64,000 bases of DNA from Adineta vaga (GCA_021613535.1 CP075493.1:14570001-14634000), one strand, 5' to 3'. Counted from the stretch's first letter, positions 24,729 to 37,660 are shown. Notes: generated by a model from the letters alone, not told the origin. Made by a program: numbers and translations.

Positions 24729-25579
24729 ATGGAGTTTGATCAACAGTGTATGTTTTATTACTTCAATAAAATATTTTTCTAAGAATTAACTTATTTATTT
24801 ATTAGTATTTATTAATGAATTAAGTCTAATAAAATCCAATAAATATATTGATGAATTAAATTTAACTAGTAAATATTCTACAGGAACAATTAATGATGAA
24901 AATGATAAAGATTTAAATATTAATATTGTTCAATGTTTAAATGAAGAAGTTCATAGTGTAAGACCATTTATTCAAACAACAAATGATGATCAGATTGTAC
25001 CAAAAAAATCATTTTTTCATCTAATTATTTACCGATCCAAGCAATTGTATCCTGTAAAATTCAATTTTTTGAATGAACTTTATTTCTTTATCTTTATTTA
25101 GATTGAAGGATCATTATTAAATGTAAATCAATGGAATAAATTAATCAGTTGGAATGTAAAAAACTTAAATAAACATTGGAAATTATTATATCAAGGAAGT
25201 CGTGATGGTTTTCATTCGAAAGATTTTCATCGTTTATGTGATGATCAAGGACCAACAATAACTGTCATTCGTACAAAACAAGGATATATTTGTGGATTTT
25301 CAAAATGATTCACATGCTTTTCTTTTTGCATTTTCAACAAATTCAGCAATAAAATATCCATTGATCGATCGTCATAGTAAATATTCTGTATGGAATAGTC
25401 CAACATATGGTCCGACATTTGGTCGTGGTGCTGATCTATTTATTTGTTCGGAAAGTAATTTAATTGGTGAATCATATTCAAAATTTCCTTCTTCATATCG
25501 TGATACGACTGGTCTAGGATGGAAATCCTTATCTGGAAAACAACAATTTCTTATTGATGAGATTGAAATTTATCATTAA
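24729..25579 (+). CDS. TLDc-domain protein with a frameshifting deletion near 25295 (possibly a pseudogene)
   Basis: WKLLYQGSRDGFHSKDFHRLCDDQGPTITVIRTKQGYICGF, then a frame change to DSHAFLF..YGPTFGRGADLFI..F.IDEIEIY*. Introns at ~24748-24805 and ~25054-25101. Confidence 0.8.
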
Positions 25580-25615
25580 CAGTTTTTTTAACGAAAGGTT
25601 TTTATTGTTTTAGAT

Positions 25616-27783
25616 ATGATTTTAGACGATAATTCAACTTCATTAGTTGTTAATCTTCTAATCGTTGGATTTCATCATAAGAAAGGACATCAAGTAATTT
25701 TAATTTCCTTTTCAAATCATTACATGAAAATTGAATCTATGTCATCTTTAGATTGAATATAGTTATCCATTAATAAAAGAAAATTTAGATGAACAATGGT
25801 CAAATATATTATCATATGCATTACCAGATGGTGCACATAATCGAGATAAAGATTTAATTTATTTTCATATTCCATCATTAAATCAAGAAATGAATTCTCA
25901 ACAAACATTATTTGGCATTGCTTCATATAGACAAATCGATGCAAATGTACTTTCATTTGTATTTTGTTCGAAGATATTTCAAATCTTATGTTTTTCTTTA
26001 GTGTATTGTTAATAAAGAAGCAGATATAACAAGAAATTCCATTCAAAAAAGTGTCTGTCTTCTTTTAAGACAAGTAAAACTTTTGATTCATTCGTTTTCA
26101 TTTGACAAATTTTATGTTTATTTTAGCCTTTGTACGGAAATATAAGTGAAGAACTTGAATTATTAACTGAAAAATATTTCGAAGAAAAAGATTTTAGTAA
26201 AACAATAATCTTTGAAGAATTTGTTCAAAAATTGAATCTCAATTCACCAGTATTTGATATAAAATATTTTTCTGCTAAAGATTTATTTATTCGATATCGA
26301 CGAAAAACTTTAATTCTTTTTAAACTTATTTTATTACAAAAAAAAGTTCGTATTTTTATTTTCATTGAGTTGATTTATTTCATGTTTATTCTATAGGTTT
26401 TATTTATGTTATCACCAATTGAAAATTTAGTCAAAACAATTCTTACTCTAGTCTCATTAATTCCTGGTAAGAATTCCTGTTCATCAATTTTTTCCACTAC
26501 TTCTACTATCTTATTCTTATAGAATTGATTCCGCATGGTCTAAATGAATGTACATTACTTGGAGAAAAAGAAAATCTTCCACGATCGATTAGTTTAAATG
26601 ATACAGAAGATATTGTTTTCGATAAAAATTTCAATCAACAGTTAAATTTTGATCAAATTAAATTGAAAACTAAAGCAGATGACAATGATGAAGAAGGAGA
26701 AGTTTCATCCATCGATACGCAAGACAAAGAAAAGGAAGGTGAAGAAGAAGATCAACAAATAAAATTGAATTTAATGAAACGTGCAACATCACTGTCAGCT
26801 AAGTTATCTGATACATTCAATCGATTAACAACAACAACAACATCCACTCCAGCAAATCTTATTGCAAATTATTCACAAGATTATTTAAATCATCTTGATC
26901 AATTGCAGTTTCCATTACAATTATTTAACAAGGTTTGTTTAATCTTTGTACTTGTTCTAACATAAAAATTTGATGAAATTTAGAATAATCTTCTTCATCC
27001 ATATTTACCATTGAATAATCTTGATATATTAACGAATCGTAATGTTAGTTCATATATAATTGGTGCAAGTAATGGATTATTTCGTCAACAAACAACACAT
27101 GATGTTATTATGGTTGATAATGATGAAGATTTGCTTATTCAATCACCACAAGTAAAAAGTGAACTTCAATTAACAACAGCTGATTTGAGATTTTTACAAT
27201 TATTTGAAGAAGAAAATTCAGGTGTTAAAAATGAAGAAGAAATTCGTCGTTTATTTATAAATTATCTTTTATCATTAATGGCTGTTGCTCAAACACCAAG
27301 TTTGTTTTTTTTCGCAAAGAAATTTTCTTTCTTTTTAAAAAATGAATTTTTAATTGAATAGATGATGAAGCGATGAATGATTTTAATTATTCATTTGTGA
27401 AATCATTTCAAACTACAGAAGCATTTCGTTTGTGGCAATCGAAAGGACCATATCCATATTTTGATCAAATTATTCCAAGACATCCACAAGCTGGTCAACT
27501 TAATGTCACTGATGTAAAATTGCGTGTTGCTCAGTAAGATGTCATTGTATTTGAAGTATTTAATTTAAAATTTATTCTTTGTTTCAGTGTACTCGATGAT
27601 ACAGAAACGGGAAGAAAATTAAAAGGAGCATTTGAAGATACATCACATTTTATGGGAGAAAAATCTCGTGCCGCAACAAAAGTACTTGGTCAAGCAAAAA
27701 ATTCGATCTTTTCATCAGTTATTGGAACAATTAATCAAGGAAAACAATGGTTAAATAAACCACCACAAACACCATCCGAATAA
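25616..27783 (+). CDS. AVL9: Late secretory pathway protein AVL9 homolog (DENN-like)
   Basis: IVGFHHKKGHQ|IEYSYP..ALPDGAHN..YFHIP, FGIASYRQI, ITRNSIQKSVC, LFKLILLQKKV, HPYLPL, IGASNGLF and LTTADLRF. Many ~50-60 nt introns. Confidence 0.92.
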
Positions 27784-28529
27784 AGGAAAACGTGCAATTT
27801 TCTTTCTTTTTTTCTTCTTCCAATAAATTTTAATTCTTTAACATCAATATTAGAATGTCTTCAAGTAATAAAAGATGATACTTTTTTTTGATTATCTAGA
27901 CAAGAACTAACTAGCAACATAAATCCTCGTCATCTAGTTATTTCTTTAAAATAGAAAGCAAGCTTCTGTTTCTTACACAATCGATAATCATATGTTAAAA
28001 TTGCTGTAAGAAAGGATAAAAGAAAATAATACATGCATACAGAAATATTCATGGTCATACTTCATTGAGTGTTTTCCTGAAGAAAACTGTAATACATAAG
28101 TTCTATGTGGATCTATTTTATGTATATATAAAATAGAATTTATTGGTATTTCATTCATTCTGATCAGTTTTATTATTTTCTTCTTGATTTAGTAAAGGTC
28201 TTTTATCAATAAAAGTATATTTTACTGCAAATATTATGATTTAATGCTGATCAAATAGTTCTTGTTAAAAAATAATTCACATAGAAATAGAAATATATCT
28301 CTATTTCTTTTATTAAATGTATTCTACGAACAGAGGATTTATACGGAATTTGACAAACTAACTATGTTGCCAAGAATTAGAAGTAGTTTTCTTTCTCTCA
28401 TTGCTATTGTCGAACATTGAGAATGAAAAGTATCTGATTAAGAAGAATTTCATCATTATCTATTTTAGAAAAATTAATGATATTAATTGTTGTTCATAAG
28501 TTTTAAGAATATGATCACAGCTATAAACT

Positions 28530-28941
28530 TTAGTTGCTGAGAAAGCTTTTGAGTATAATGCTATATAATGAGACCATGATGGCAGGTAATGGAGCAGCAG
28601 GTTGGTCCAATTGCTGAAAAAGACGTCCCAACTGATATGTTGCTTCTTGACCAATTTGTACAGCAATAACATGACCAATAAATACACATATCTGGACTGT
28701 TATTGATGATAATGAAGGTACTATCGATAAAAGCATTAAATTGAGTATGAAAAAATCATCGAGACCGAGACATGCATTATCACCTTTTACATGTAATATA
28801 TTTTCATTAGGATTCCAAGTAATGTAATATTGAGCTGGTCTTGATGTGTCGTCATTGGTTAAATCCGATGTATCGACAGGTGGTGAATCTTCGATTGTTT
28901 TCGAACTATAATAAGCTCCTTCAGGATGCAGACATTGAAAT
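28530..28941 (-). CDS. Exon of an unknown gene or pseudogene; upstream exons unresolved
   Basis: Open frame after an AG acceptor near 28942: FQCLHPEGAYYSSKTIEDSPPVDTSDL...LLSIVPSLSSITVQICVFIGHVIAVQIG.... The upstream splice donor is not clean. Confidence 0.35.
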
Positions 28942-29445
28942 CTATATATATGAAAAAGAAATCTTCTAAAAAGTAAAATAATCGATGGGATTCATTTTCT
29001 TTGATAATCAGTTCACATATAATGTCTTTCCTAAAAAAATGAGTTCCATCTGATAGTGCTATCGATTGGAAACATTTCTTATAATTTCACGTAGAAAAAT
29101 ATATTAGATATTTACATCATATACAAATAATTCATCTTGTTGAGAAAACATTTGACTCTTAACAAGTAAATGTCGATCGGAACTTCTGATCGTATAGCGA
29201 TTGCAAAGTATATTCAAAACAAACAGTAAAAAATTGATTATTCATCGAATAGACTATGGTGATTATCATAGAAATAATTGTCTATTCAAGATAACAGGAA
29301 TCTTTTATTCGAATCTATGGAAAGTATAAAATCCATTTTTTCTTTTTATATTTATTTCTCTCGAATACAGTATTAACCATCTTATGCCTAAAAATTGACG
29401 TTTTTCGAGTTTTTTCATAGAAATCTTAATTAACTTCTTCAATAC

Positions 29446-30060
29446 CTACATGTCTCTAATAGAAAACATCCAAAAATATACCCAATGAACATGTGATGGA
29501 AAATAAGAAAATAAAATATCATAAAAAATCCATGCGTTACAGGACATCAATAAACATAACCATCCTCGATAGAGAGTTAACGATGATATTAGCAATTCTT
29601 CTAGTTCCCATTTATCAGTAATAAACATCAATTGCCAAATGAATACATACATGGTAAATATATCAAGTTTATAATCAAGATGATAATTGTCGAAAAAACG
29701 AGCCAAACAGCAATTATTGTATATATTAAAGGATAAATATAATATAGTATTTTCTTCTTATCGAACAAATAGAAAATTGTTAATAATAAAATCATTATTA
29801 CTCTAAATAAATTGCCAAAAATCTTCGGATCAATATCCCACACATATTCACATGAATCTTTGTTTACTACAAAATAACAAAATGTGACAAAAAGAACAAA
29901 ATATTGTTGTGGTAAATTCACTTTGATTTTTATTTAATAAACAGCGTATATAAAGACACATATCACGTATTGAATCGACGAATAGTCTTTGAAAAATGAA
30001 ATTAGTTGCTCGTGTATTTTTCAAATTATACTTCAATAAAAATGTTATTGTCATGCGCAA
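29446..30060 (-). pseudogene. Frameshifted multi-pass membrane protein gene, probably an old divergent paralog of the 211-aa genes
   Basis: Three overlapping hydrophobic ORFs of similar total length. Same position relative to an ADA2 3' end as the 211-aa genes. Similar C-terminus (VHWVYFWMFSIRDM vs VQWFCVQFWCNPNFKM). Confidence 0.45.
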
Positions 30061-30668
30061 TTTGAAGCAACGTCAACAATATTGATATTTATCACAAAGC
30101 GGATCAGTTAGCTTTTTTATTTAAATAATTGTTGGTAGAAATAAGGTGGATAATTATAATTTTTATCATAACAAAAGGATCAATACAACTATACCTAAAG
30201 ATTTTACTTTTCAGTTGAAATGCCATGAAAACATTGGATTATTCTTTTCTGTATCAGATTCCCTAGAGAAGATATTCTTGCAAGTTTTTTATAAGCATTA
30301 TATCAAGAGAAATTCTCCGTGTCGATGCTGTATAATTCATATCGACATGTGAAATTCACAATTTTGCAGAATTCTAGTGATTTTTCCATTTACAAGTTCC
30401 ATTAAGAATGCATATAAATAAGAACTCACAATTTGTGTTTAAAGATACATTCGTCAAGTAATAAATACATTCATAGAGATATCTCCGATAAAATAGAAAT
30501 CGTTCAAATGTACTAGCAACAATCCTTACTACTGCATACAAGCTCTTAAAGTCTATTTCAATGTGTCTACAGTTTAGAAGCTCTAATATAAATAAGTCCT
30601 AATGGTGAAACATGTTTGTTTTTCAAATAATAATTGACAAAAAATTTACAAGTGAACAATGATGAGAT

Positions 30669-31079
30669 TTAAACATCATAGAATTGTTCATCCATTGAAT
30701 TTGAATTCAATTTTCTTCTTTTATTTGGTGATGTTTGTTGAACAACAAGTTGATGTCGTGTTAACATTCGATTCGTCTTTGGTGTCGATTGATCCGATGG
30801 ATCAAATCTAAATTTTCAAAGGAGAACATTTTTTACACGAAATATTTATCTTCTCTTTGCCTTACTTTGTTCCACCATTTGTATGATTAGACGATTTTTT
30901 ATTATGTGGAGAATTTCTCTACAAGATTTAGATCAATAGAATGGAAAAACATAAAGTCGAATCAAATACCGTTGGTTTTTTCTCTGAATTAGGATGAGGT
31001 GGTGTGTGACTTCGTGTTCGTGAAGCGACCGTTGATTGATTTTCACCTATTCGAGGTGTTGATAATTGATCGGTTTCAT
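30669..31079 (-). pseudogene. 3' fragment (last exons) of the ADA2-like gene; third copy
   Basis: Nearly identical to 33721-34130 and 38362-38772, including introns. Truncated at a TTTCAT junction. Confidence 0.9.
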
Positions 31080-31343
31080 TTTGTTTCCTCTGATAAATTT
31101 TCGTGCGGCTACTTTATCGAACACCTTTTAGAAATGATTCTAGGTAATTTTTAAAGTTTTAGATTTGATTAGTTCATTCTACTATTCAAGAAATAATTGA
31201 CAAAATCGACAATATGATCTGATCATTCGTTAGAAGAATTTATGTTTTTTTCTAAAAGTAGTCTTGGTTCTTTATTGAAATAGTAAAATAAAAAAATGTA
31301 TGTGTTTTCAGAGAACAAGAAGAAATGAATGTCAGCTCATATT

Positions 31344-31899
31344 CTATTTGTCTACGAAATGCATCAAATAAATAGACATTAATAATTTGATTAATGTAAC
31401 AGATATTAGACCAAGAAGTGATATTCCTGTATTCCATATTGTTTCTGTAGCGTTTAGACCACTGCGCACGATATTTTGACGTTTATATTTAATTTCCATG
31501 AATCTATTGACCAATTGATCCAATATATATCCCATCAACCAGTTGATTGCAAAACTAATAATAGGAATAGGGATTAATGCATCCATTAATAATTCAATAA
31601 TAAGAAGATCAAAAAAGGATGCAATTAATATGATAAATCGAAAAAGTATGTTATATTTGAAAAGCACCTTCATATGAAATTGAATATCAAATGTATTTAA
31701 TTTATCTTGTGCGTTTCTTACGATAACCAGTAATTTTCGATAAACATGATAAATCACTATGATGATATACTGAACAAAAATGAACAATACGATAATAAAC
31801 CAATGTAGGTTTTCTTGTATGAATTTTGCTGCTCGTTCGTAATTCTAAAAGACACGACAATGTTTAATGTATTATTCAGCATAAAATACTTTTTACCAT
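31344..31899 (-). CDS. Orphan membrane protein TMa, copy 1 (167 aa)
   Basis: ATG-only first coding exon (31897-31899) and a 52-nt intron (31845-31896), then MNYERAAKFIQENLHWFIIVLFIFVQYIIIV...; about 4 hydrophobic segments. Same exon structure as the homolog at 35978-36522. Confidence 0.75.
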
Positions 31900-32382
31900 T
31901 CATACAACGTGGACCTGAATGTGAAATGAAATCTTCTATCTGAAGATATATGAAAAGGAGGAAAATATGGATATAATTAAATAACGAATGAAATTCTTCT
32001 TCGTCATACTTAGATGACAGTATATGTATAGATAGTGTTTTCCTTTCATATTCTTCTCATGTAAGAAAAGCAGCTGATAACTAGATTCAAATCGACTTTT
32101 TCGTCACAAAAAACCGAAAATCGATTAAAAATATTGTTGAAAAAATTTTTCTGAAAAATTTGATTTTAAATAGAGAAAATTCGACATTCTTATTAGTCAC
32201 ATATAAACGTAATTTCTATCTGATAAAAAACTGTAAAAATTTAAGTACAAATTCCAAATATCAGTGCATGTTGATGAGAATTATCTCTAGTTTATTTTGA
32301 CAATACGAATAATATAAAGAAACAATCATCACTTCAAGATTTGAATTTATTTTTACAATTTCATCTAATTAAATGACTTATA

Positions 32383-33018
32383 TCACATCTTGAAATTAGG
32401 ATTGCACCAGAACTGGACGCAAAACCACTGGACACCATTGATTGCTGACAAAGGGTGTGTTTCGGCATATCGCATTCCAATGAATAGTAGTACTTTTTGT
32501 GCAATTATCAAACGATGAGCTGACGGTCTAGGTAGGTTGGAGGGGTTAAAATCAGATAAAATGTCGGATAGATCGATCAAGACGAGCACAAATGATAGGC
32601 CAAAAGAAGCTTCTATTATCCAACGATAAAAAGTCATCAGCGTGATAGTATGAAAAGTGTTGGTGCACCGCATCCATGAGCACAAAGCTGCAGCGATCAC
32701 ATAAACAAATATTAATGCAATTTGTTTTAACAAAATATAACAACGAAAATGAGGATATTCTACATTTGAATTAATTCTATCAAAATCAATTTCGTGTGGA
32801 GGACGATCGCAAAACATTTCTTTGTAAAAAACATTAATAAAATATATCGGCATAGTTATACAATTTGAGAAAAAACATTCAATAAAGAATGAATACATAA
32901 TTTGTGATTGTAGCCACAGATACATATTTGTGAAACATATTGGCAATTCGATCCTTGTTTCATTGTTTGTTGCTTCATACGTATTGAGAACCATATTCAT
33001 TCTGTTATCGAACAACAT
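32383..33018 (-). CDS. Orphan intronless multi-pass membrane protein TMb, copy 1 (211 aa)
   Basis: The ORF is preserved at identical length in both duplicate units despite 31 amino-acid differences. Several hydrophobic segments. Confidence 0.75.
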   Translation of the reverse strand: MLFDNRMNMVLNTYEATNNETRIELPICFTNMYLWLQSQIMYSFFIECFFSNCITMPIYFINVFYKEMFCDRPPHEIDFDRINSNVEYPHFRCYILLKQIALIFVYVIAAALCSWMRCTNTFHTITLMTFYRWIIEASFGLSFVLVLIDLSDILSDFNPSNLPRPSAHRLIIAQKVLLFIGMRYAETHPLSAINGVQWFCVQFWCNPNFKM

Positions 33019-33720
33019 TGATCAGAGAAAAAAATGAATGTCAAATTGAGTGAGTTCATACTATATATATGAATTCCTTTGTGCTTATTCGTCTGCATCT
33101 TTATCAAGAGGTAACATTGTTGACTATGCCGACCAGACTGAACAAAAACAATCCAATGGAAACATGCGATATATATTCGTCGGCTAACTTACGTCACATT
33201 CGATAGCAATATTATTTACGACATCATGTCAATATCAAACGAAGCACAACGTGTACAACGTAATAATATAATTTTTTCCTTCAAACTGACTTCTGCAGAT
33301 TCATATTTTTAGCTGTGCCATAGAGAAGGCTAAAAGAAAGTCATTATTTTCAATCTATTGTAATAGGAAATTTATTTTTCTTTTATTGAAAATCAGTGAG
33401 GACGTTAAACCATGTATCCTTAAAATTGAATTTTTATATTTTTAATTAAATTATTAAGCTGAATCACGCTTCAGCATTTAACTCAACTGTAATCAATAAA
33501 AAACTTCCGGCTGATGCGATAGTTATAGTAAATCACCATGGAAATATCATCAGGTTCGTCTTGATTCAACCTACACCATCTTTCAATCAGATGATTATAT
33601 GTCCAAATAAGATCAATATCTACGTCTTATCGACGTTAGTTATAAGGAAAATCTGTTTATTTGTTTTTCAAATAATAATGGAAATGAAATGTACAAGACG
33701 AAAAGAAAAATGATATGTAT

Positions 33721-35548
33721 TTAAACATCATAGAATTGTTCATCCATTGAATTTGAATTCAATTTTCTTCTTTTATTTGGTGATATTTGTTGAACAACAA
33801 GTTGATGTCGTGTTAACATTCGATTCGTCTTTGGTGTCGATTGATCCGATGGATCAAATCTAAATTTTCAAAGGAGAACATTTTTTACACGAACTATTTA
33901 TCTTTCTCTTTGCCTTACTTTGTTCCACCATTTGTATGATTAGAAGATTTTTTATTATGTGGAGAATTTCTCTACAAGATTTAGATCAATAGAATGGAAA
34001 AACATAAAGTCGAATCAAATACCGTTGGTTTTTTCTCTGAATTAGGATGAGGTGGTGTGTGACTTCGTGTTCGTGAAGCGACCGTTGATTGATTTTCACC
34101 TATTCGAGGTGTTGATAATTGATCGATTTCATCATCTGTTGAGTCCCAACTAATACTTTTGAAATGAAAAGATAAATATTTTGATTTGGAACAAAAACTG
34201 ATTTTCTTACTCAGATGTTGTTAATAGATTTCCAGTTGATCTTGTCGTTCTTTGTGAAATACTCTAGAAAAGAAATTCAATATATATCTTTATAGAAAAG
34301 AAAATAACTCAAATACATTTTGATCCGATTGATTAACTCTTCGTCGTGTATAAAGTAATTCTTTAACATTTGTGGCTTTTGATGAAGTATTTGTTGTTGA
34401 TGATGACGAAGAAACACGTCGAACGGAACGTCGTTTTCCATTTAGAAGTTTTCGATCAGTGATCTCTTCACTTTGATCACTCGATGAAAGAGATGAGTTT
34501 GATTCAGTTGCATTTGATGATAATGTTGAAGATGATGAACATGATGACGATTCATCAACAACAATTGATCTACATATAAGATCAAAAATCTCATTTTAAA
34601 CAATTTCTTGTTTATAAAAAGAAAAAACTAACGAAGCACGACGACGACGTTTTTCAGAATTCATTATATTGATCAGCAGAAAGAAATCGACTAATTTGAT
34701 GAAGATCCATTCTAAAAATAAACAAATAATCAACAAAAAGCAAAGAAAAAAGTAAACTTACGGTTGATCAGGTGAATAATTAAATCCAAGTGCATAATCT
34801 CGAATAAAATGTTTCAATTGTAATCTTCTTTGTATGGTTTGTTTATATGATCTTAATAAAACTAATTTAGCTTTATTTAATAATATTCTTGAACCATCTT
34901 GTTGAATATCTTCAAGAAAATCTTGATCATTTGTTAATATTGGTAAACGATTTTCATCTTCATTTAAATATTCTCTTTCATATTCATCTCTATGTGGCAT
35001 ATATGTAAGAGTCTTTTGTTGTTCACTATCGATTAATAATGGTGGATAAATAATTGATTGATTTGGAAAATCTTTATCATTGATTTGATTTTCACCAATT
35101 AATTGTTTTGTATTTCGAAAAGTTTGAAAATAAATTGAATATGGATTTGTTAAATGTGATAGATACATTTCTTCAAAATGAGTTTGACAATCCGATGAAG
35201 TTCGAGATAATTTCGAAGCAATATCAATCCAATTTCCTAATCCACATGTTTCAATCGCTTCAATTAAATTCATTTCATCATTACATAACCATTCACTGTT
35301 TCGATTATTATCTAATGGAATATCATTTAACTAAATAGAAATTCAACGAGATTTATTTTTAATTTATGAACTTTTAAATAAAAATTTACTTTATAGGTTG
35401 ATAGTGGATGTTGTTTTGAATGTTCTCGTAATTGATTAACAGTTATTGAACATTTTATACAAATTTTTATCGAACGTGATGGACTACATTTTAAACAAAC
35501 TATTTCTAATGATGATGGACGAATACAGCGATAATCATATTTAGTCAT
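33721..35548 (-). pseudogene. Duplicated ADA2-like gene with ZZ cysteine substitutions and a frameshifting ~220-bp deletion
   Basis: MTKYDYRC vs MNKCDYCC in the intact copy. The deletion at ~34667 gives ...ADQYNEF-stop. Native upstream region absent. Confidence 0.85.
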
Positions 35549-35977
35549 CTATAAAATTTCATATCAAATTATTGATTCTTTTCAGAGATTATAATTGCAT
35601 TATCAGTGAATATACGTTCGACTATGTATGAATATTTTAAATGAATTTCATTTTGTTTTTTTCTCATAAATTTTCGTGCGGTTACTTTATCGGACATCTA
35701 TAAAGAAATTACTTTAGTTAACATTAATAGCTTAAGATTCGATAAATTGATTCTGCAATTGAAGAGAAAAATAATTGAAAAAATAACAATAGTGTGGAAT
35801 CATTTTTAAAAACAGTTCATGTTATCTTTCTCAATGAAGAACAAGACTTCTTGTTGAACGATCATAAAAATAAAAAATAAAAAGAGTTATATAAATGTGT
35901 TTAACAAGCTAGTATGAATATCAATGTCAATGATCAACAATAGAAGATATTCAAAAACGTTTATATGTTCCATTGTC

Positions 35978-36522
35978 CTAAATTGTTAACATAACGACCA
36001 TGATTAATGTTATTTTACAAATAGCTATCACTGTAAAAGGAACAACAGCCATCCAACATTTCCATACAGTATCAGCAGCAGCAGCAACGGTATTTTTTAA
36101 ATAATTATCTTGTTTATATTTCTTGTCAACGTATTTATCGGCTAGTTTGTCAGTTAAGTATCCAACGACCCATGTGATCGCAAAATTCACAAATGGATGA
36201 AATGATAATGCATCAAAGAATACTTCATTCACACACAAATCAATGAACATAGTAATTGCATTTGATAAACGAAAAATAATCATATGATTCCTGACAAATT
36301 GTACTTGATTCGAGATAAATGAACCACGCTCATTTTTTCGAACTAAACTTAATAGTTTTCTACCTATACAATGGACTAAGATTATCACATATTGTACAAC
36401 GAGAAAAATAATGATTAGTACTAAACCGAAGTAATTGTTAATCCATTCAGTACTTCGTTCGTAACTCTAAAATTTAGTAAGAGTTTTTATTTTCTTCTTT
36501 AAGATAAACTATTGTTTACCAT
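35978..36522 (-). CDS. Orphan membrane protein TMa, copy 2 (163 aa)
   Basis: ATG-only first coding exon (36520-36522) and a 53-nt intron (36467-36519), then MSYERSTEWINNYFGLVLIIIFLVVQYVIILV.... Shares YER, VQY, RKLL, FR, DL..E...DAL, FAI.W..GY and KYK with copy 1. Confidence 0.75.
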
Positions 36523-37024
36523 TTTGTTTCTTTTAATAAAGTGAAAAGAAGAATAAATGAAAGAAAGTAAATAAAACTTTTCTAAAAGTATATGAAAAGG
36601 AGGAAAATATGGATATAATTAAATAACGAATGAAATTCTTCTTCGTCATACTTAGATGACAGTATATGTATAGATAGTGTTTTCCTTTCATATTCTTCTC
36701 ATGTAAGAAAAGCAGCAAATCACTAGATTCAAATCGACTTTTTCGTCACAAAAAACCGAAAATCGATTAAAAATATTGTTGAAAAAATTTTTCTGAAAAA
36801 TTTGATTTTAAATAGAGAAAATTCGACATTCTTATTAGTCACATATAAACGTAATTTCTATCTGATAAAAACCTTGAAATATTTCAGTACAAATTCCAAA
36901 TATCAGTGCATGTTGATGAGAATTATCTCTAGTTTATTTTGACAATACGAATAATATAAAGAAACAATCATCACTTCAAGATTTGAATTTATTTTTACAA
37001 TTTCATCTAATTAAATGACTTCTA

Positions 37025-37660
37025 TCACATCTTGAAATTGGGATTGCACCAGAACTGGACGCAAAACCACTGGAAACCATTGATTGCTGACAAAGGATGT
37101 GTTTCGGCATATCGCATTCCAATGAATAGTAGTACTTTATGCGCAATTATTAAAGGATGAGCTGACGGTCTAGGTAGGTTGGTGAAGTTGAAATTAGATC
37201 CATTATCAGATAGCTCGATCAACACGAACACAAATGATAGGCCAAAAGAAGCTTCTATTATCCAACGATAAAAAGTCATCAGCGTGATAGTATGAAAAGT
37301 GTTGCTGCACCGCATCCATGAGCACAAAGCTGCAGCGATCACATAAACAAATATTAATGCAATTTGTTTTAACAAAATATAACAACGAAAATGAGGATAT
37401 TCTACATTTGAATTAATTCCATCAAAATCAATTTCTTGTGGAGGACGATCGCGAAAGATATCTCTGCAAAACAAATGAAATAAAAGTATCGGTATGACTA
37501 TAAAATGTGAGAAAAAACATTCAACACAGAATGAATACATAATTTGTGATTGTAGCCACAGATATATATTTGTGAAACATATTGGCAATTCGATCCTTGT
37601 TTCATTGTTTATTGCTTCATACGTATTGAGAACCATATTCATTCTGTTATCGAACAACAT
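37025..37660 (-). CDS. Orphan intronless multi-pass membrane protein TMb, copy 2 (211 aa)
   Basis: About 85% amino-acid identity to 32383-33018; ORF intact. Confidence 0.75.
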   Translation of the reverse strand: MLFDNRMNMVLNTYEAINNETRIELPICFTNIYLWLQSQIMYSFCVECFFSHFIVIPILLFHLFCRDIFRDRPPQEIDFDGINSNVEYPHFRCYILLKQIALIFVYVIAAALCSWMRCSNTFHTITLMTFYRWIIEASFGLSFVFVLIELSDNGSNFNFTNLPRPSAHPLIIAHKVLLFIGMRYAETHPLSAINGFQWFCVQFWCNPNFKM

